A stretch of 63,668 nucleotides of DNA, the filler included, from Basidiobolus meristosporus CBS 931.73 (Eukaryota; Fungi; Basidiobolomycota), in assembly GCA_002104905.1 (NCBI GenBank). It is 4 parts of 4 records of this genome, joined end to end, with 100 filler letters (N's around TTAATTAATTAA, not from the genome) between each part and the next. Parts side by side here need not be neighbours in the genome. Positions count along the whole stretch, not along the records: positions 12,568 to 37,805 come from MCFE01000934.1; positions 37,906 to 54,270 come from MCFE01001126.1; 2 more parts are not named here. One strand, given 5' to 3'. Every line of letters starts with the position of its first letter. Within the stretch, counting starts at the first letter, position 1. Under the pieces are notes generated by a model. That model saw only the letters and a list, made by a program, of their open reading frames with translations. It was not told the DNA's origin and did no database searches. The position numbers and the translations under genes were made by a program. Positions 26,432-38,578 of the stretch are shown here, in pieces.

Positions 26432-27164
26432 AGACATGTTCCGTTGGATAGTGCCATATTGAGCCATGAGTGCCAAATGATGCCATAGTAAGCCAGAGAG
26501 GCCAAGTAAGCCTATACTTGGCCACAGAGTGTGAAACATAGATCTGCATCTTCATGCAAAGCATCCTCTGTGTTTCACCTGTGATGCTGTAGAAAATCCA
26601 TTTTTTGACGTTTTTTTGTGGATCAATACTGTGCAGAATGTGCAAGAGCACTGAAGGATTGAAGATATGCATATGGTACTCAATACCCATGGCACTCTGA
26701 ATCTAGCTCCTTTGGCTTGTAACATGTCACAAAATGCATGGCACTATCTGGGTCCACTGGCACTATCCAGCACTATAATTAACTATTAGCCCTAAAGTAA
26801 GATCAATACAAAGCACTTATAGTGCCAGATAGTACCAGTGGACCAAGATAGTGCCATGCATTTTTGTGACATGTTACAAGCCACAGGAGCTAGATTCAGA
26901 GTGCCATGGGTATTGAGTACCATATGCATATCTTCAATCCTTTAGTGCTCTTGCACATCCTGTACAACATTGACCTAAAATGATAGGTCCAACAATGGAT
27001 TTTCTCCATCACAATGAGTGAGACACAGGGGCTGCATTGCATGAAGATGCAGATCTATGTTTCACACTCTGTGGCCAAGTGTAGTCTCACTTGGCCTCCC
27101 TGGCACAGTATGGCATCATTTGGCACCCATGGCTCAATGTGGCACTATCCAACGGAACAAGTCT
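26432..27164. mobile_element. Fold-back MITE of the PHIS family
   Basis: AAT|AGACATGTTCC...GGAACAAGTCT|AAT, a perfect 3-bp TSD. Inverted arms of ~345 bp surround a ~40-bp spacer. Empty site GCTTAATGTT near 18013. Confidence 0.92.
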
Positions 27165-27689
27165 AATGTTAATGTAAGGTATAGGCACTTGCATAGGTGA
27201 ATGCAATAGGCATTAAAGTCCAACTGAAACTTCAATGTAAATAAATCAATTTTTATTCATGAAAAGTAAGAGAAACAGTTGAGTCAGGATGTAAAAAGGG
27301 TGAAAAAGAGGCAATAGCCAATCACTGTGCACAAATATAGGTGATTGAGTGTCCAGGATCAGAAAGTGAGTAAATTGGCAGGGAGCTAATCAAAAGCCAC
27401 TGATCTATCTTTGTAATGAAAAGTTTTGACTAAGTTTTTTGCAAAACCTGGGGAGCAATTATTTTCCAACAGACTCTGCATGGTGTCTGGATGGAATCAG
27501 AACCTTTTAGTCATAGGACCTTAAATCTGTGATGGCCTTTTGACAGGATCATCACAATATGTTCTCATTGGGTAGTCACCAAGAGCCTGAAATTGTATGA
27601 TAGATTCATATCTGGAATCTTTGAGTCTCAAAAGGACTGATGATGACTAAGGTATATACTATAAGCCAGATAGAGATTGTTATGTATTT

Positions 27690-30600
27690 TGCCATGTATC
27701 CCATCATTATATTGCAAAAATCATTCTCAAACAATGACTTGGTAATTTTATTGATGATTTACTCACAAGTCAATAATCCAATACAAAATCTGCAATTAAT
27801 GTGATCTGACCTGTATCAATGCAATCTGAAATGCATCAGGCAAAACATATGGAAAAGTCAACAATCACATTGATCTTAATATATATTTCATGTAAGACCA
27901 GGCTGATGCAAGTATACTGCTGTATAAGTATCCAAATCTGTCACTATGATCATTATACCAAGTCTCAACACATATTTAGTACAAGCCAGACAAAGCCCAT
28001 CTCCCAGCCCACCAGCATTGTTCAGACCAGAACGGCTGATGTCCAATCTGTTTAAGCTCTTGCCAAGTGATTTTAGCATGGCCCAAGTGTTTATGCCAAG
28101 TTTTCATTCAAATATTTGGGCATTACTCATTAATCTTGCAGAGCTGGATACCTCAGAGAGCTGGCAGAAATGGAAAAATCTGAGTAGGAAGCTGTGGCAT
28201 GAGCTCTACATTAGGATCCAGCAGATGTATGTAAGAAGATATGTAACAAGACAAGTATTCAACGCAAGAATGAGCTGAGAGTGAGGAGATTTGATGAGGA
28301 AGCCACACACAAACAATTTCATGTATAATTTTCACAGTACATGCAGGATGCGTCTGTTTGTGCCTCAGGTTTAGGAACCCAAGAGTTTTTGAATGAGCTT
28401 TTACCTGAAATGACTAATGAACTATGTGATATATTAGTAGAGTCAAGAAGTTTCCAAGAGCAATTCACACAGGAATTATCAGGACAACAGTTCAAAAATA
28501 ACAGACAGAGGGTAAGGGAATACTTGAGGACTCAGAAGGTGAGCTTCAAGAAGAAGAATACCGACTGCAAGCAACTGCATCTACATTGCACCAGCACACC
28601 TTACTGAATTCCTTGCCATCTCCTGCAACATTAGCATGCTGGCATATGTCAGTCAAATCTATGCCAACACCCTTCACAAGAGTGCCTGGCATTGAGTCAA
28701 TGCATGCCAGATCAACATGTGTGCTTCAGAGCAAAGCTACCAGAACTCACCAAACTGCTTGCTTAAACACAGGTCCATTGGAGCAGGACAAGTTGTGTCA
28801 ACATGTAGCATCACATTGAACTCAGCCAAGGGTTGGACCAATGCATCAAGTTGCACCTGCACATGCTGTAGTGGGGTGACAGTGACACCCACTGACAGAT
28901 GTGCTCATTCCCTTATTTTCTACTTCCCTATATTTCTATTACACTTATTTTAGTTTTATCCCATTTATCTTACCCAATCAGTACTATCCCATAAGCTGGT
29001 TGACTATCACACCTGCTTACCTTAGTGCATAAATTACCCCTCACTTTATGTAAGATTACTAGCTATTAGTACTTCTATATTAGGTAAGTACCCGCGCCAG
29101 TACCCGTGACACATGATCAACCATGTCACCATCCCTACCATTTCCATACCATATACGGTATCCCTATGTTACGCAGGTTTCAGAATACTGATTTCTGATT
29201 GGTTGGATGTGCTGTGCCTCTTAGAACCTTCAGGCACCTCCTTGGAGCATTCTTGGGTCATTCTGATGTCATTGAGATTTCTATTAATATCCAGAACCTT
29301 CTGGAACACCATGATTAGTAATCACTTAGCCAGCAAGAAAAGTATATAAGGGAGGCTATCCCTCAACAATAAATCATCATCCCATTTATCAATATACCAA
29401 CTTGTTGGTTAGTGTGATCACTGCTACCTGCTGCTACCTGAACTTCCAACCCTAGACCACAGGACACTCCCAGGAAACCACGCTGACAGCCAACTGACCT
29501 TGGAGGCACTACTTGTGAGGAATACTCAGAGTCGGTATCTTTTATTATATTTAATTCTTTCCCAAGTTTGTTCTTGTATAGGCAAAGATACTTTTCTGTC
29601 TTTGTAACTATTGACCACAGCTGCATTCTTATCAAGTCCCTGCTGGTGTAGTTTACAGTTGTTTTGACTTTGGAAGCTTTAGTACATTGTCATCTCAAAG
29701 GACGCTGAACCCAGCATATACTTTTGAAAGATGCCAACTAAGTTGGGGATTGTAGCTCAATAGTTTTCCCTTGACAAGCTTGTGGCTTTATTCCCCTTCA
29801 TATTAGATTAGAGACAGAACCCAAGTATTCCTAGCAAGCTTTTGCCAGAGGTTATTGCACCCAGTGAACACCCCACACACAAAGCACTTGAGAAGTGTTG
29901 GACGTATCTCTCCCTTGGACCTATACACCACCACAATGCCATTACATCTAACCATCAGCAAGTTACTTCTGCTGAACTGACTTATGATGACCCACTTGAG
30001 GTGCCTCCACCACCAGAACCTTTTGCAAGTAAAGGAATGCATAGCATGTTGCACTTCAGGCTGGTTCCATTATGTTAGCTGGAGCAATCCAGCATGGTCA
30101 AGCTCCAGCATTGCACTCATCATCTAGGAGGCAAAATACTGAATACAAGTACACAAGTAGCTAGGAAAATAATCAACAAGGAGGTGTATAAGGTGTGCAA
30201 AGTGAATCACTACCAAATGCTCCAGTAGTAATCTCTTTGAGAAAAAACCTGGGAGACAATGATGCAATTGCTTTGAATTGTTACAATTTGTCTTGATCCC
30301 AATAATGCATTTTTTTGCAATCCAAATTGAGCCATTGCAAATCAATGATCATTAAGTTTTTGTTAAAAGTAATATCAAGGTAGTCTCACATCTGAGACAG
30401 AGACCCTATAATGAGCATCCAGCATATGTATATATCATCTGTAACAACAGTGCAGCTATTTAATCTGACTTTCACCTACATGAATGGCTGTGTACCTGCT
30501 ATGACACCATATCCAATCACTAAAATCAGGGATTTACTTGCTCCATGGTATCCAATTATGCAGGTGATGTAGACATTACAAGTTGGCACAATTGTCCATG

Positions 30601-30767
30601 CCAACTTCATTGTGTCAGATTGTGCCATAGTATTCAAGATTGTCCCACATAGTGCAAAATTTTCCAAGAGCAATCCTGCCTACTGGGAGCTACAATACCA
30701 TGCCCAATTGTTCTTTGCAACTGCACATTGCACAGCACACCATGGCATAGAACAATGGAACAAGTCT
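27690..30767 (+). mobile_element. Older PHIS copy (ORF2 plus right end, no transposase)
   Basis: Colinear with ~35475-37742 but with CpG changed to TpG/CpA throughout; right TIR GGAACAAGTCT followed by ATT. Confidence 0.8.
28867..29935 (+). mobile_element. Solo LTR, Ty3/gypsy (same group as 44223-45301, opposite orientation)
   Basis: TGTAGTGGGG...CACCACCACA termini; 4-bp TSD ATGC. Confidence 0.9.
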
Positions 30768-30833
30768 ATTATGTGACTTTGACTTGATGATCCATTGAAT
30801 ATAAGAGTAGTATTTATATGTTAACAAGTTTTT

Positions 30834-31180
30834 TGTTGTAGGAGTCCTGGAGATATTGGACAAGATTGGGAGGACAAGTAATGTGTGTGGTTTTCACTTA
30901 AGGATTTATTAAATATAAAAGTAGTATTTATACTTTTACATAGTCTTGGCATAACTGGCATGTAAGATATATCAAAGAAGGACTCTTGAGCATGTTGCAA
31001 AGTCTGAGGCTGTTTGGACAACTTTGCAAATTTTCATATTGTCAGTGCCCAATATTTGAGTAAAGTATACTAAGTAAATCCTAACAAGGAATTTGGTCAG
31101 TATTCTCTAGGACTTTAAGGTAATGATCTATGTGACTAAACTAGGTGAATATTAAGGTTGAATTGCAAATTTTTACAATA
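30834..31180 (-). mobile_element. Solo copia-type LTR (diverged)
   Basis: Reverse-complement similarity to the 349-bp LTR at 38579-38927. Confidence 0.75.
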
Positions 31181-31190
31181 GATTTGCCCC

Positions 31191-31571
31191 CTATGTTTGT
31201 GTACATTGACTGGCTACCGCCTCTATTTCACAATCCTTACTCTGTGTCTCAACCAATTTATTACTTTTCATGCCTATATATTGTAACTCAATTGCCAATT
31301 CTACTGACATATATAAGTCCCTATACTCAATACTAATATTCAGCCTAGCACTACACTCAACAAGTAACCCCATGAAGATGCACCACTCAAAAGTTATTTT
31401 TGCTGTAACACCCTTTTTCCATGACATTGGTAGAAACCCTATGTCATTATACCAGTGTTTGTTCACTAGTTCCCATATGTGCTGGTCTTCAGCTGTCACT
31501 GTAAGGTCTGTCACTTCATCTGCCTGTCTTTGCAATAAATACTTACAGTTTTCAAGCTCAGTTTCTTGCAT
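31191..31571 (-). pseudogene. Uncharacterised TE-associated ORF, copy 3
   Basis: LLQRQADEVTDLTVTAEDQHIWE...LLVECSARLNISIEYRDLY is homologous to 17761-18096. Confidence 0.5.
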
Positions 31572-31652
31572 ACTACTCTTGAAGAAGTGCTGCTACCTCT
31601 TGGTGTTCCAAAAGATGTTTCAATATTTTACTTTAGGCACTTTAATAGTCTT

Positions 31653-33530
31653 TGTTGTGTGAGTCTTGGTGATATTGGATCTGATTTGGAGAACAGGTAG
31701 ATTATATGGATTTCACTTGATGATTTACTGAATGTAAATGTAGCATTAATACCTTTGCATGGTCTTGGCATAAAAAACCCATGTAATAGATGCAGGAAGG
31801 TCCTAAGAGCATGTGTGCAAGGTTTGGGGTATTTGGATAACATTTAGAATTCTAATGTTCTTGGTACTTGATATTTGGGAGACAATATTCCAAATTGATC
31901 TTACAAGGAACTTTGTCATTATTCTCTAGGATATGAAGGTAATGATATTAGTGGCTAAGTCAGGTGAATATTTAGATGGAAAATCAAATTTTACAACATT
32001 CCCACTCAACTAAATGCTCATAATGACTAGTCCTAATTTTGACCTAAGATATTCACACTTCTTTCTAGCTAATGGTTTGGTAAGTATATCTGCAACCATT
32101 TCATCTATTGAACAATAACCTAAGCTAGGTTATCTTCTGTAGTCTCACATATGATATGTTGTTCAGTACTGATGTGCTTAGCTCTAGCATAAAAACTTGG
32201 ATCTCTACCTAATTGTGTACATCCTTGTTAATCTTGAAAACAAGTAATAGACATTTTTGGACTTAGGCCTAAATCTGTGAAATGTTTTCTTAACCACATT
32301 GCTTTGCTTGTAGCTTTGCTGGCTGCTATATACTCTGTCTCTATGGTAGAAAGCACCATAGTTGGTTGCATTCTTGAATTGCATGAAATAGCTCCTTGAA
32401 AGCAATCAAAGATGTATCCTCTTGTGGCTCATCTGTCTCTTAAGTTTTATCCCCAATCAGCATCAAAGTATCCCACAAGATCTTGTTCTCAATCCTTAAA
32501 GGTGTATCTTAGGTAGATACCAGCAGCTCTTTTTAGGTGTCTAAGAATCTTCTTAACTACTGCAATGTGATCAGATTCATAGTTCTGATGATGCTGGCTG
32601 ATAACTCCCACTGCATACAAGATATCAGGACATGTTTCAAGCATGATGTATATCAGACTGCTGGCCATAGACCGATAAGGAAAGTCAGGGATTTTAGATG
32701 GAACAAGGCTCACTTGAGTGGGTTGAGCTCTGACTAAGCTAAGGTTTGTCTCCATTGGTGTAACTGCCTGTTTACTGTCTTCCATTTGGAATTTCTTTAG
32801 TATATGCAGAATATACCTGGATTGGCTTAGGGTAATAATCTGGGTACTTCTGTTGATGGAGAACCCTATCCCTAAGTAGTAACTGAGTTCTGCTAGATTG
32901 GACTTCTTGAACTTGTTAGATTGGCCGGATTTAGTGTCTGCCAATGTTTTTAGGTTATTGGCAGCTATAGTAAGATCATCCACATAGAGAGCTAAAAGAG
33001 CTGTGTCTTCTCTGTCCAGCATATAGTTTATACTTTAGTCAGCATTACTCCTTCTGAAACTCAAAATTCCAAATAAGAGTCCATCTTGCAATTGCAGGCA
33101 CTTGGTGATTGCTTGGGACCATATAGAGCTTTTTTAGGCTTGCTGACCAATTGGGGGCTATTGTGATCAGCAAACCTATCAAGCTGATCTATTTACACTT
33201 CCTTATCAAGGTCTTCATTCAAAAATGCAGCATTTACTTCCATTTAATGTATAAAAAACGTAATTTTGGTAGCAATGGCTATTATTAATCTGATAGAATT
33301 AAATCTGGGTACTAGTACAAAGGTCTCAGTATTGTCAAGTCCTCTTGTTTGAGAGTATCCTTTTGCCACAGCCTTTGCTTTTTATCTTTCAATTGTACCA
33401 TCAGCCTTGTATTGTGTTGGAAAGACCCATGTGCATCTAAATGATTTTTGGATGATTGGTAATTTAAGTCCCAAGTTTGATATTGCATTAGGGCCTGATA
33501 TTTGTTAGTCATTGCAGATCTCCAAAACTT
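31653..33530 (-). mobile_element. Decayed Ty1/copia 3' portion (RT-RNase H remnants, PPT, 3' LTR)
   Basis: LTR at 31653-31998, PPT next to it, and peptides ALYVDDLTIA and PDILYAVGVISQ homologous to 40987-42924. Confidence 0.85.
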
Positions 33531-34300
33531 TGTCTGAGGGATATTCAGGGCCTCTTTTACAGTCTGGGATTTATCAATCTGGGATCATTGAATACTCCAA
33601 GATAATGTTGGAGTTGCTTAGTGCAAGTGGGTTTTGGCCATTCAGGAATATTGACCAGTTTGAAAGGGTCAAGCTGGTGGCCATCTGGTGTGGCTATGAG
33701 TCCAAGTAGATTGATTTGAGGCAAGCAAACTGCACTTTTTAGCATTGAGAATTAGTCCAGCAGCTGTCAGTTTGTTGATTACATCAGTGATTTGAGTAGC
33801 ATGATTGTCATGGCTTGTGGAAAATATAATGGTGTCATCCACAAATATCAATGCACATGGTGCATTCTTCAGTGTTATTGTCATAACTCTCTGGAACTTG
33901 CTGCAAAGTGGCTTTAGACCAAAGGGGGCTTCCTGAAACATCCATTGCATATTATTTCAAGTAATGGCAGTCTTGTGCTGATGACCTGGATAAATTTGGA
34001 ATTGGTGATATGTGTCCTACAAGTCAAACCTGGAGAATATATCTGCTCCTGATAGTGAGAAAAATATATCCTGGACTTTTGGAATTGGTTATTTATCATG
34101 CTGGAGAAGTTTGCTCAGAGGCCTAGGGTCCAAATATGGTATCTTCAGAGTTTGATTTCCATCTGCATCCTTCTTGGGTGCAAGTTTCAAAGGGCTGTTG
34201 ACTGTTGTGTTCACAGGGGCTTGGGTGATAACTCCATTGTCAGCCCACTTTTGGACTATTTCATCAACTAAGTGTTGGCATGAATGCAGAATTGGATATT
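33531..34300 (-). mobile_element. Decayed Ty3/gypsy RT fragment of another family
   Basis: APFGLK...FQRVM...IFVDD...KLTAAGLILNAKKC and PEWPKPTCTKQLQHYLG. The reading continues at 37743-37805 beyond the PHIS insertion. Confidence 0.75.
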
Positions 34301-34483
34301 AGACTTGTTCCGTTGGATAGTGCCACATAGTGCCAGCTGGTTTATAGTGCCGGATTGATCTGACACTCTACGGCACTATCTGGCACTATAATTTCTACCA
34401 TGATGCCAGTGGTATGATACAGTTACTGGTAATTTTACTCAATCTTACTTATGTTGCTCAGAATAGTGCTTTCCTTGCTTTAT

Positions 34484-35368
34484 TTACTCTTCATAATGCT
34501 CCAGACACATTTCTCTCAGTGGATGTCTTCCTGTATGAACATACTGTGCATTGATAAGTATCTTAACTATTTTACCTATTCTGCTGTTTTCTCCTATATA
34601 TGACTTTCCTCTGTATTTACCTGCCAATATCCTGAATCTCTTCAGATATCCAAATGTGTGCTCTACCCTTACTCTGAAATGATTAAATATCTCATTGTAG
34701 AGCTTCTGCTTCCTGCTAAGCACACCATTCCTTGGCTTCCTATAAGCTGTAATACATCCTAATCTCTGACAATCCTCTCCTATATAGGCCAAGTCTGCCA
34801 TACATTTCTCCCCTCTACTGAATTCAGGATGATTCTCTACCCAGAGTGCTTTGTCATGCCTACTTCCAGCAAATGGCCCACTAAACCAGATGATGTTACC
34901 CTCAATGTCAGACAGTGCTTGAAACTTCACACAGTGTGCCTTGTACTTGCCAGAATAAAAGTGCCTCTGCCCTCTAGAAGGTCTGTTAATCCTCACTGGG
35001 AAGGTATCCAAAATACTCCTGATATGGAACCTGTTGCTGAACACTCTGGGATATGGAAGTCTATTGGAGCTTCTGAACCTAGTATTCCAAGCTTGCTCTA
35101 AGTCATTCATACCCTCTGCAAGGTGGTTCTCCATTGCTGTCAGCTGGGAATGAAAGCTTCTAGGACTTTTGTTGCCATGGATGGTGGGATGAAACCTTGT
35201 AGGGCAATAGTTCTTGTAATAGCAGAGAAGCTTAACAAGGGATCTCCTTGAGTAGATTGGGGTTGATGGTCCACAGTACTTGGAATAGATCTCCTCCAGT
35301 GTGTCAAAAGGAAATCCAGTGGTAGTGATGGGATTGATGAGAAAAGACCATTCAGATGAGTAAGTCAA
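34484..35368 (-). CDS. DDE_Tnp_4 (IS5/ISL2-like) transposase, 294 aa
   Basis: Catalytic-type motifs ILDTFPV, YSGKYKAHCVKFQ, MADLAYIG and RVRVEHTFGYLKRFRIL. The start is TTG here but ATG in the sister copy (19436). Confidence 0.85.
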   Translation of the reverse strand: MTYSSEWSFLINPITTTGFPFDTLEEIYSKYCGPSTPIYSRRSLVKLLCYYKNYCPTRFHPTIHGNKSPRSFHSQLTAMENHLAEGMNDLEQAWNTRFRSSNRLPYPRVFSNRFHIRSILDTFPVRINRPSRGQRHFYSGKYKAHCVKFQALSDIEGNIIWFSGPFAGSRHDKALWVENHPEFSRGEKCMADLAYIGEDCQRLGCITAYRKPRNGVLSRKQKLYNEIFNHFRVRVEHTFGYLKRFRILAGKYRGKSYIGENSRIGKIVKILINAQYVHTGRHPLREMCLEHYEE

Positions 35369-35727
35369 ATTAAAATTGATGGATGATTGTATGGAGGCGG
35401 TTTGAATTGATTTGGCGCAATCTGCGTTATTTATCTGATTTTTAACACATTATGGTTAAATCTCCATCAATTGCCATGTATCCCATCATTATGTCGCAAA
35501 AATCATCCGCAAACAATGCCTTGGTACTTTTATTGATGCTTTAATCATAGGTCTATAATCAAATAGAAAATCTGCAATTGATGTGATCTGATCCTTGTCA
35601 ACGCAATCCAAGATGCATCATGCATAATATATGGAAAATTCAACAATCACTTTAGTTTTCATATATATTTCATATAAGACCAGGTTGATGCCAATATACT
35701 GCTGCATAAGTATCCAAATCCATTGCT

Positions 35728-36999
35728 ATGGTCCCCATACCAAGCCTCAACTCATCTTTAGTACAACCCAGACAAAACCCATCCCCCAGCTCACAAGCGC
35801 GGTCCGGACCGGAAAGGTCGATGTCGGATCTGTTCGAGTTCTTGCCAAATGATTTTAGTATGGCCCAAGTGTCTATGATGAGCCTTCATACAGATATTTG
35901 GGCACTACTGATTAATCTAGCAGAACTAGATACCTCAGAGGGTCAACAAAGATGGAAGAATTTGAGTAGAAAGCTGTGGCATGAGTTCTACATCAAGATG
36001 CCAGCCGATGTATGTAAAAAGATATATAACAAGACAAGTATTGAAATCAAGAATGAGCTGAGAGTGAGGGGATTTGACGAGGAAGCCGCGCGGGAACAAT
36101 TTTGCGCGCAATTTGCACAGTACAGGCCGGACACGTCCGTTCATGCATCAACTCTGGGAACCAAAGAGATTTTGAATGACTTTTTGCCTCAAATGACTAA
36201 TGTACTACGTGATATATTAGTAGAGCTAAGTGGCTTCCAAGAGCAATATACACAGGACTCATCCAGGCAACAGCTCCAAAGTATCAGACAGAGGGTAAGT
36301 GAATACCTTGAGGAATCAGATGGTGAGCTTCAGGAGGAAGAATACAGACCGCAAGCAACATTGTCCAGATTGCACCAGCACGCCTCGCTGGATTCCCTAC
36401 CATCTCTTGCAACCACAGCGCGCCGGCGCACGTCAGTCCAGACCACACCAACACCCTTTACCAGAACGCCCCGCGTCAAGTCAACGCGCATTGAGTCAAT
36501 GTGCGTCGGGTCAATGCGCGCGCTTCAGAGCAAAACTACCAGAACTTGCCAAACTGCTCATTTAGAAACAAGTCCATTGGAGCGGACCAAGTCACGTCAA
36601 CATGCGGCATCACATCAAACTCAGCCAAGGGCCATCTCAACGCGTCAAGGCGCGCCTGCGCGTGCCGTTTTGCCTGACCATCAGCGAGTTACTTCTGGTG
36701 AACTGACTGATGATGACCAACATGAAGTGACTCAACCACCGGAGCCCTTGGCAAGTAGAAGAACGCGTCAGCACGTGGCACTACAGGCCGGTTCAGTTGG
36801 TTCAGTTGGTTCAGTCGGAGCAATTCAGCGCGGCCAAGCTGCAGCATTGCACTCATCAACTAGGAAGCAAAATACTGACTACAAATACACAAGTAGCCAA
36901 GATGATAGTCAGCCAGGAAGTAGTATAGGTATGCAAAGTGAGTCACTACCAAATGCTTCAGTAGTAATCCCTGTGAGAAAAAAACCCAGGAGAAGATGA
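35728..36999 (+). CDS. PHIS accessory ORF2 (helical N-terminus, disordered Ser/Thr/Arg-rich C-terminus)
   Basis: Open 423-aa frame inside the TIR element, present in three copies. Confidence 0.7.
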   Translation: MVPIPSLNSSLVQPRQNPSPSSQARSGPERSMSDLFEFLPNDFSMAQVSMMSLHTDIWALLINLAELDTSEGQQRWKNLSRKLWHEFYIKMPADVCKKIYNKTSIEIKNELRVRGFDEEAAREQFCAQFAQYRPDTSVHASTLGTKEILNDFLPQMTNVLRDILVELSGFQEQYTQDSSRQQLQSIRQRVSEYLEESDGELQEEEYRPQATLSRLHQHASLDSLPSLATTARRRTSVQTTPTPFTRTPRVKSTRIESMCVGSMRALQSKTTRTCQTAHLETSPLERTKSRQHAASHQTQPRAISTRQGAPARAVLPDHQRVTSGELTDDDQHEVTQPPEPLASRRTRQHVALQAGSVGSVGSVGAIQRGQAAALHSSTRKQNTDYKYTSSQDDSQPGSSIGMQSESLPNASVVIPVRKKPRRR

Positions 37000-37805
37000 T
37001 GCAATTGCTTTGAATTGCTCACATTTGTAATGATCCCGACAACCCTTTTTTTTTGCGATCCAAATCAAGCCATCGCAAATCAGTGATCATCAAATTTTTG
37101 ATATAAGTAATATCAAGGTTGTCTCACATTTGAGACAGAACCCCTATAAATAAACACCCTGCATATATATACGTCATCCGTAATACCAGTGCAGCTATTG
37201 GATCTGTTTTGTACCTACACGATTGCTTGCGTGCTAGCTATGACACCTTGCCCAATCACTAGGATCAGGGATTTACTTGCTCAATGGGCAAAATGGGATA
37301 TTTGATGGCAAATCAGGTAGCTTTTTCAGTAGTCAATGAGCCAATTGGGGGCTGCCAGCTTCAGGATACTTTTGGACCAATTAACCACTGAGATACCGTC
37401 CAATTGGAGTGAGGGTAACCAAAATGGTAAGTATCAGTGTAGTTTATAGTGTGATACACATTTATTTCCATTTACATTAAAGAAACATATCCAAATACCG
37501 GATTTTACCTGCCATTATAGCGGTATCCGAGCGCGCACGTGATGCAAGCATTACAAGTTGGCGCAATCATCCGCGCCAACCTCATCGTGTCAGATTGTGC
37601 CATAGTGTGCAAGATTGTCCCGCATAGTGCAAAATCGTCCAAGAACAATCCTGCCTTCTGGTAGCTATTATATTGTGCCCGATTGTTCTTTGCAACCGCG
37701 GATTGTGCCGCGCGCCCTGGCACGGTACAATGGAACAAGTCTAATATCTTCTCCATGTTGACTCACCAGGTGATGTTAATAGCATAACAATGAATTCTGC
37801 AATAG

Positions 37806-37905
37806 NNNNNNNNNNNNNNNNNNNNNNNNNNNNNNNNNNNNNNNNNNNNTTAATTAATTAANNNNNNNNNNNNNNNNNNNNNNNNNNNNNNNNNNNNNNN
37901 NNNNN
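37806..37905. other. Artificial linker (N run with TTAATTAATTAA)
   Basis: Same 100-nt spacer as 12468-12567. Confidence 0.97.
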
Positions 37906-38240
37906 ACCAGACAACTTTGCTTTAATCTTGGTGGTATATGTATGGAATTAAGTCAGACCAAAGGGGAAATAGCGTTACATATACATGTGTATGTGGTGCC
38001 ACAACTTTATTCACAATGCTTACTATGGCAGGTCATCATTGAATCAGCCAGTTGATACCTCTATATTGGCACCCAGCCATCTTTGTCACCTTGCACAAAC
38101 TGAGTCATGTAAGTTTGAGACGCCTTTAGGCTCACCTCAGCCTTCTAAATATGGCACACAGAGTGATAGCTCTGACAAGGAAGGTTCACTGATGGATTTT
38201 GAGCCTATCTCCCCAAACAGCAGTACCACATATGATCCTG
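37906..38240 (+). mobile_element. CACTA-like remnant (internally deleted copy of ~15410-16010, inverted)
   Basis: LAPSHLCHLAQTES...PLGSPQPS.Y.TQSDSSDKEGSLMDFEPIS matches ORF 15036-15809. Confidence 0.75.
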
Positions 38241-38444
38241 GTGTAGTGGGGTCACAGTGACAACCACTGACAGATATGCTCATTCCCATATTTTCTACTT
38301 CCCTATTTCTGTACTACACTTATTTTAGTTTTATCCCATTTGTCTTGCCTGATCAGTACTATCCCATTAGCCAATTGACTATTGCACCTGCTTACCTTAT
38401 TGCATAAGTTATCCCTCACCTTATGTAAGCTTACTAGCTGTAAG
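38241..38444 (+). mobile_element. Partial gypsy LTR interrupted by copia B
   Basis: TGTAGTGGGGTCACAGTGAC... matches the start of the 28867 LTR. Confidence 0.85.
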
Positions 38445-38578
38445 TGTTGTAAGAGTCTTGGAGATATTGGAAGTGATTGGGAGGACAAGTAGATTATGTG
38501 GTTTTCACTTAATGATTTATTGAATGTAAAAGTAGTATTTATACTTTTACATGGTCTTGGCATAACAAACACATAGAA

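Larger units (their letters stand above)
34301..37742. mobile_element. Near-intact two-ORF PHIS-superfamily (PIF/Harbinger-ISL2EU-Pangu-like) DNA transposon, 3442 bp
   Basis: TIRs AGACTTGTTCC.TTG and CAA.GGAACAAGTCT, flanks ATT and AAT, subterminal GTGCC/GGCAC repeats, and divergent transposase and ORF2. Confidence 0.88.

Noticed and set aside
36789-36817. GGTTCAGTT x3 repeat
   Set aside because: Simple coding repeat (GSV)3 within the disordered ORF2 tail.
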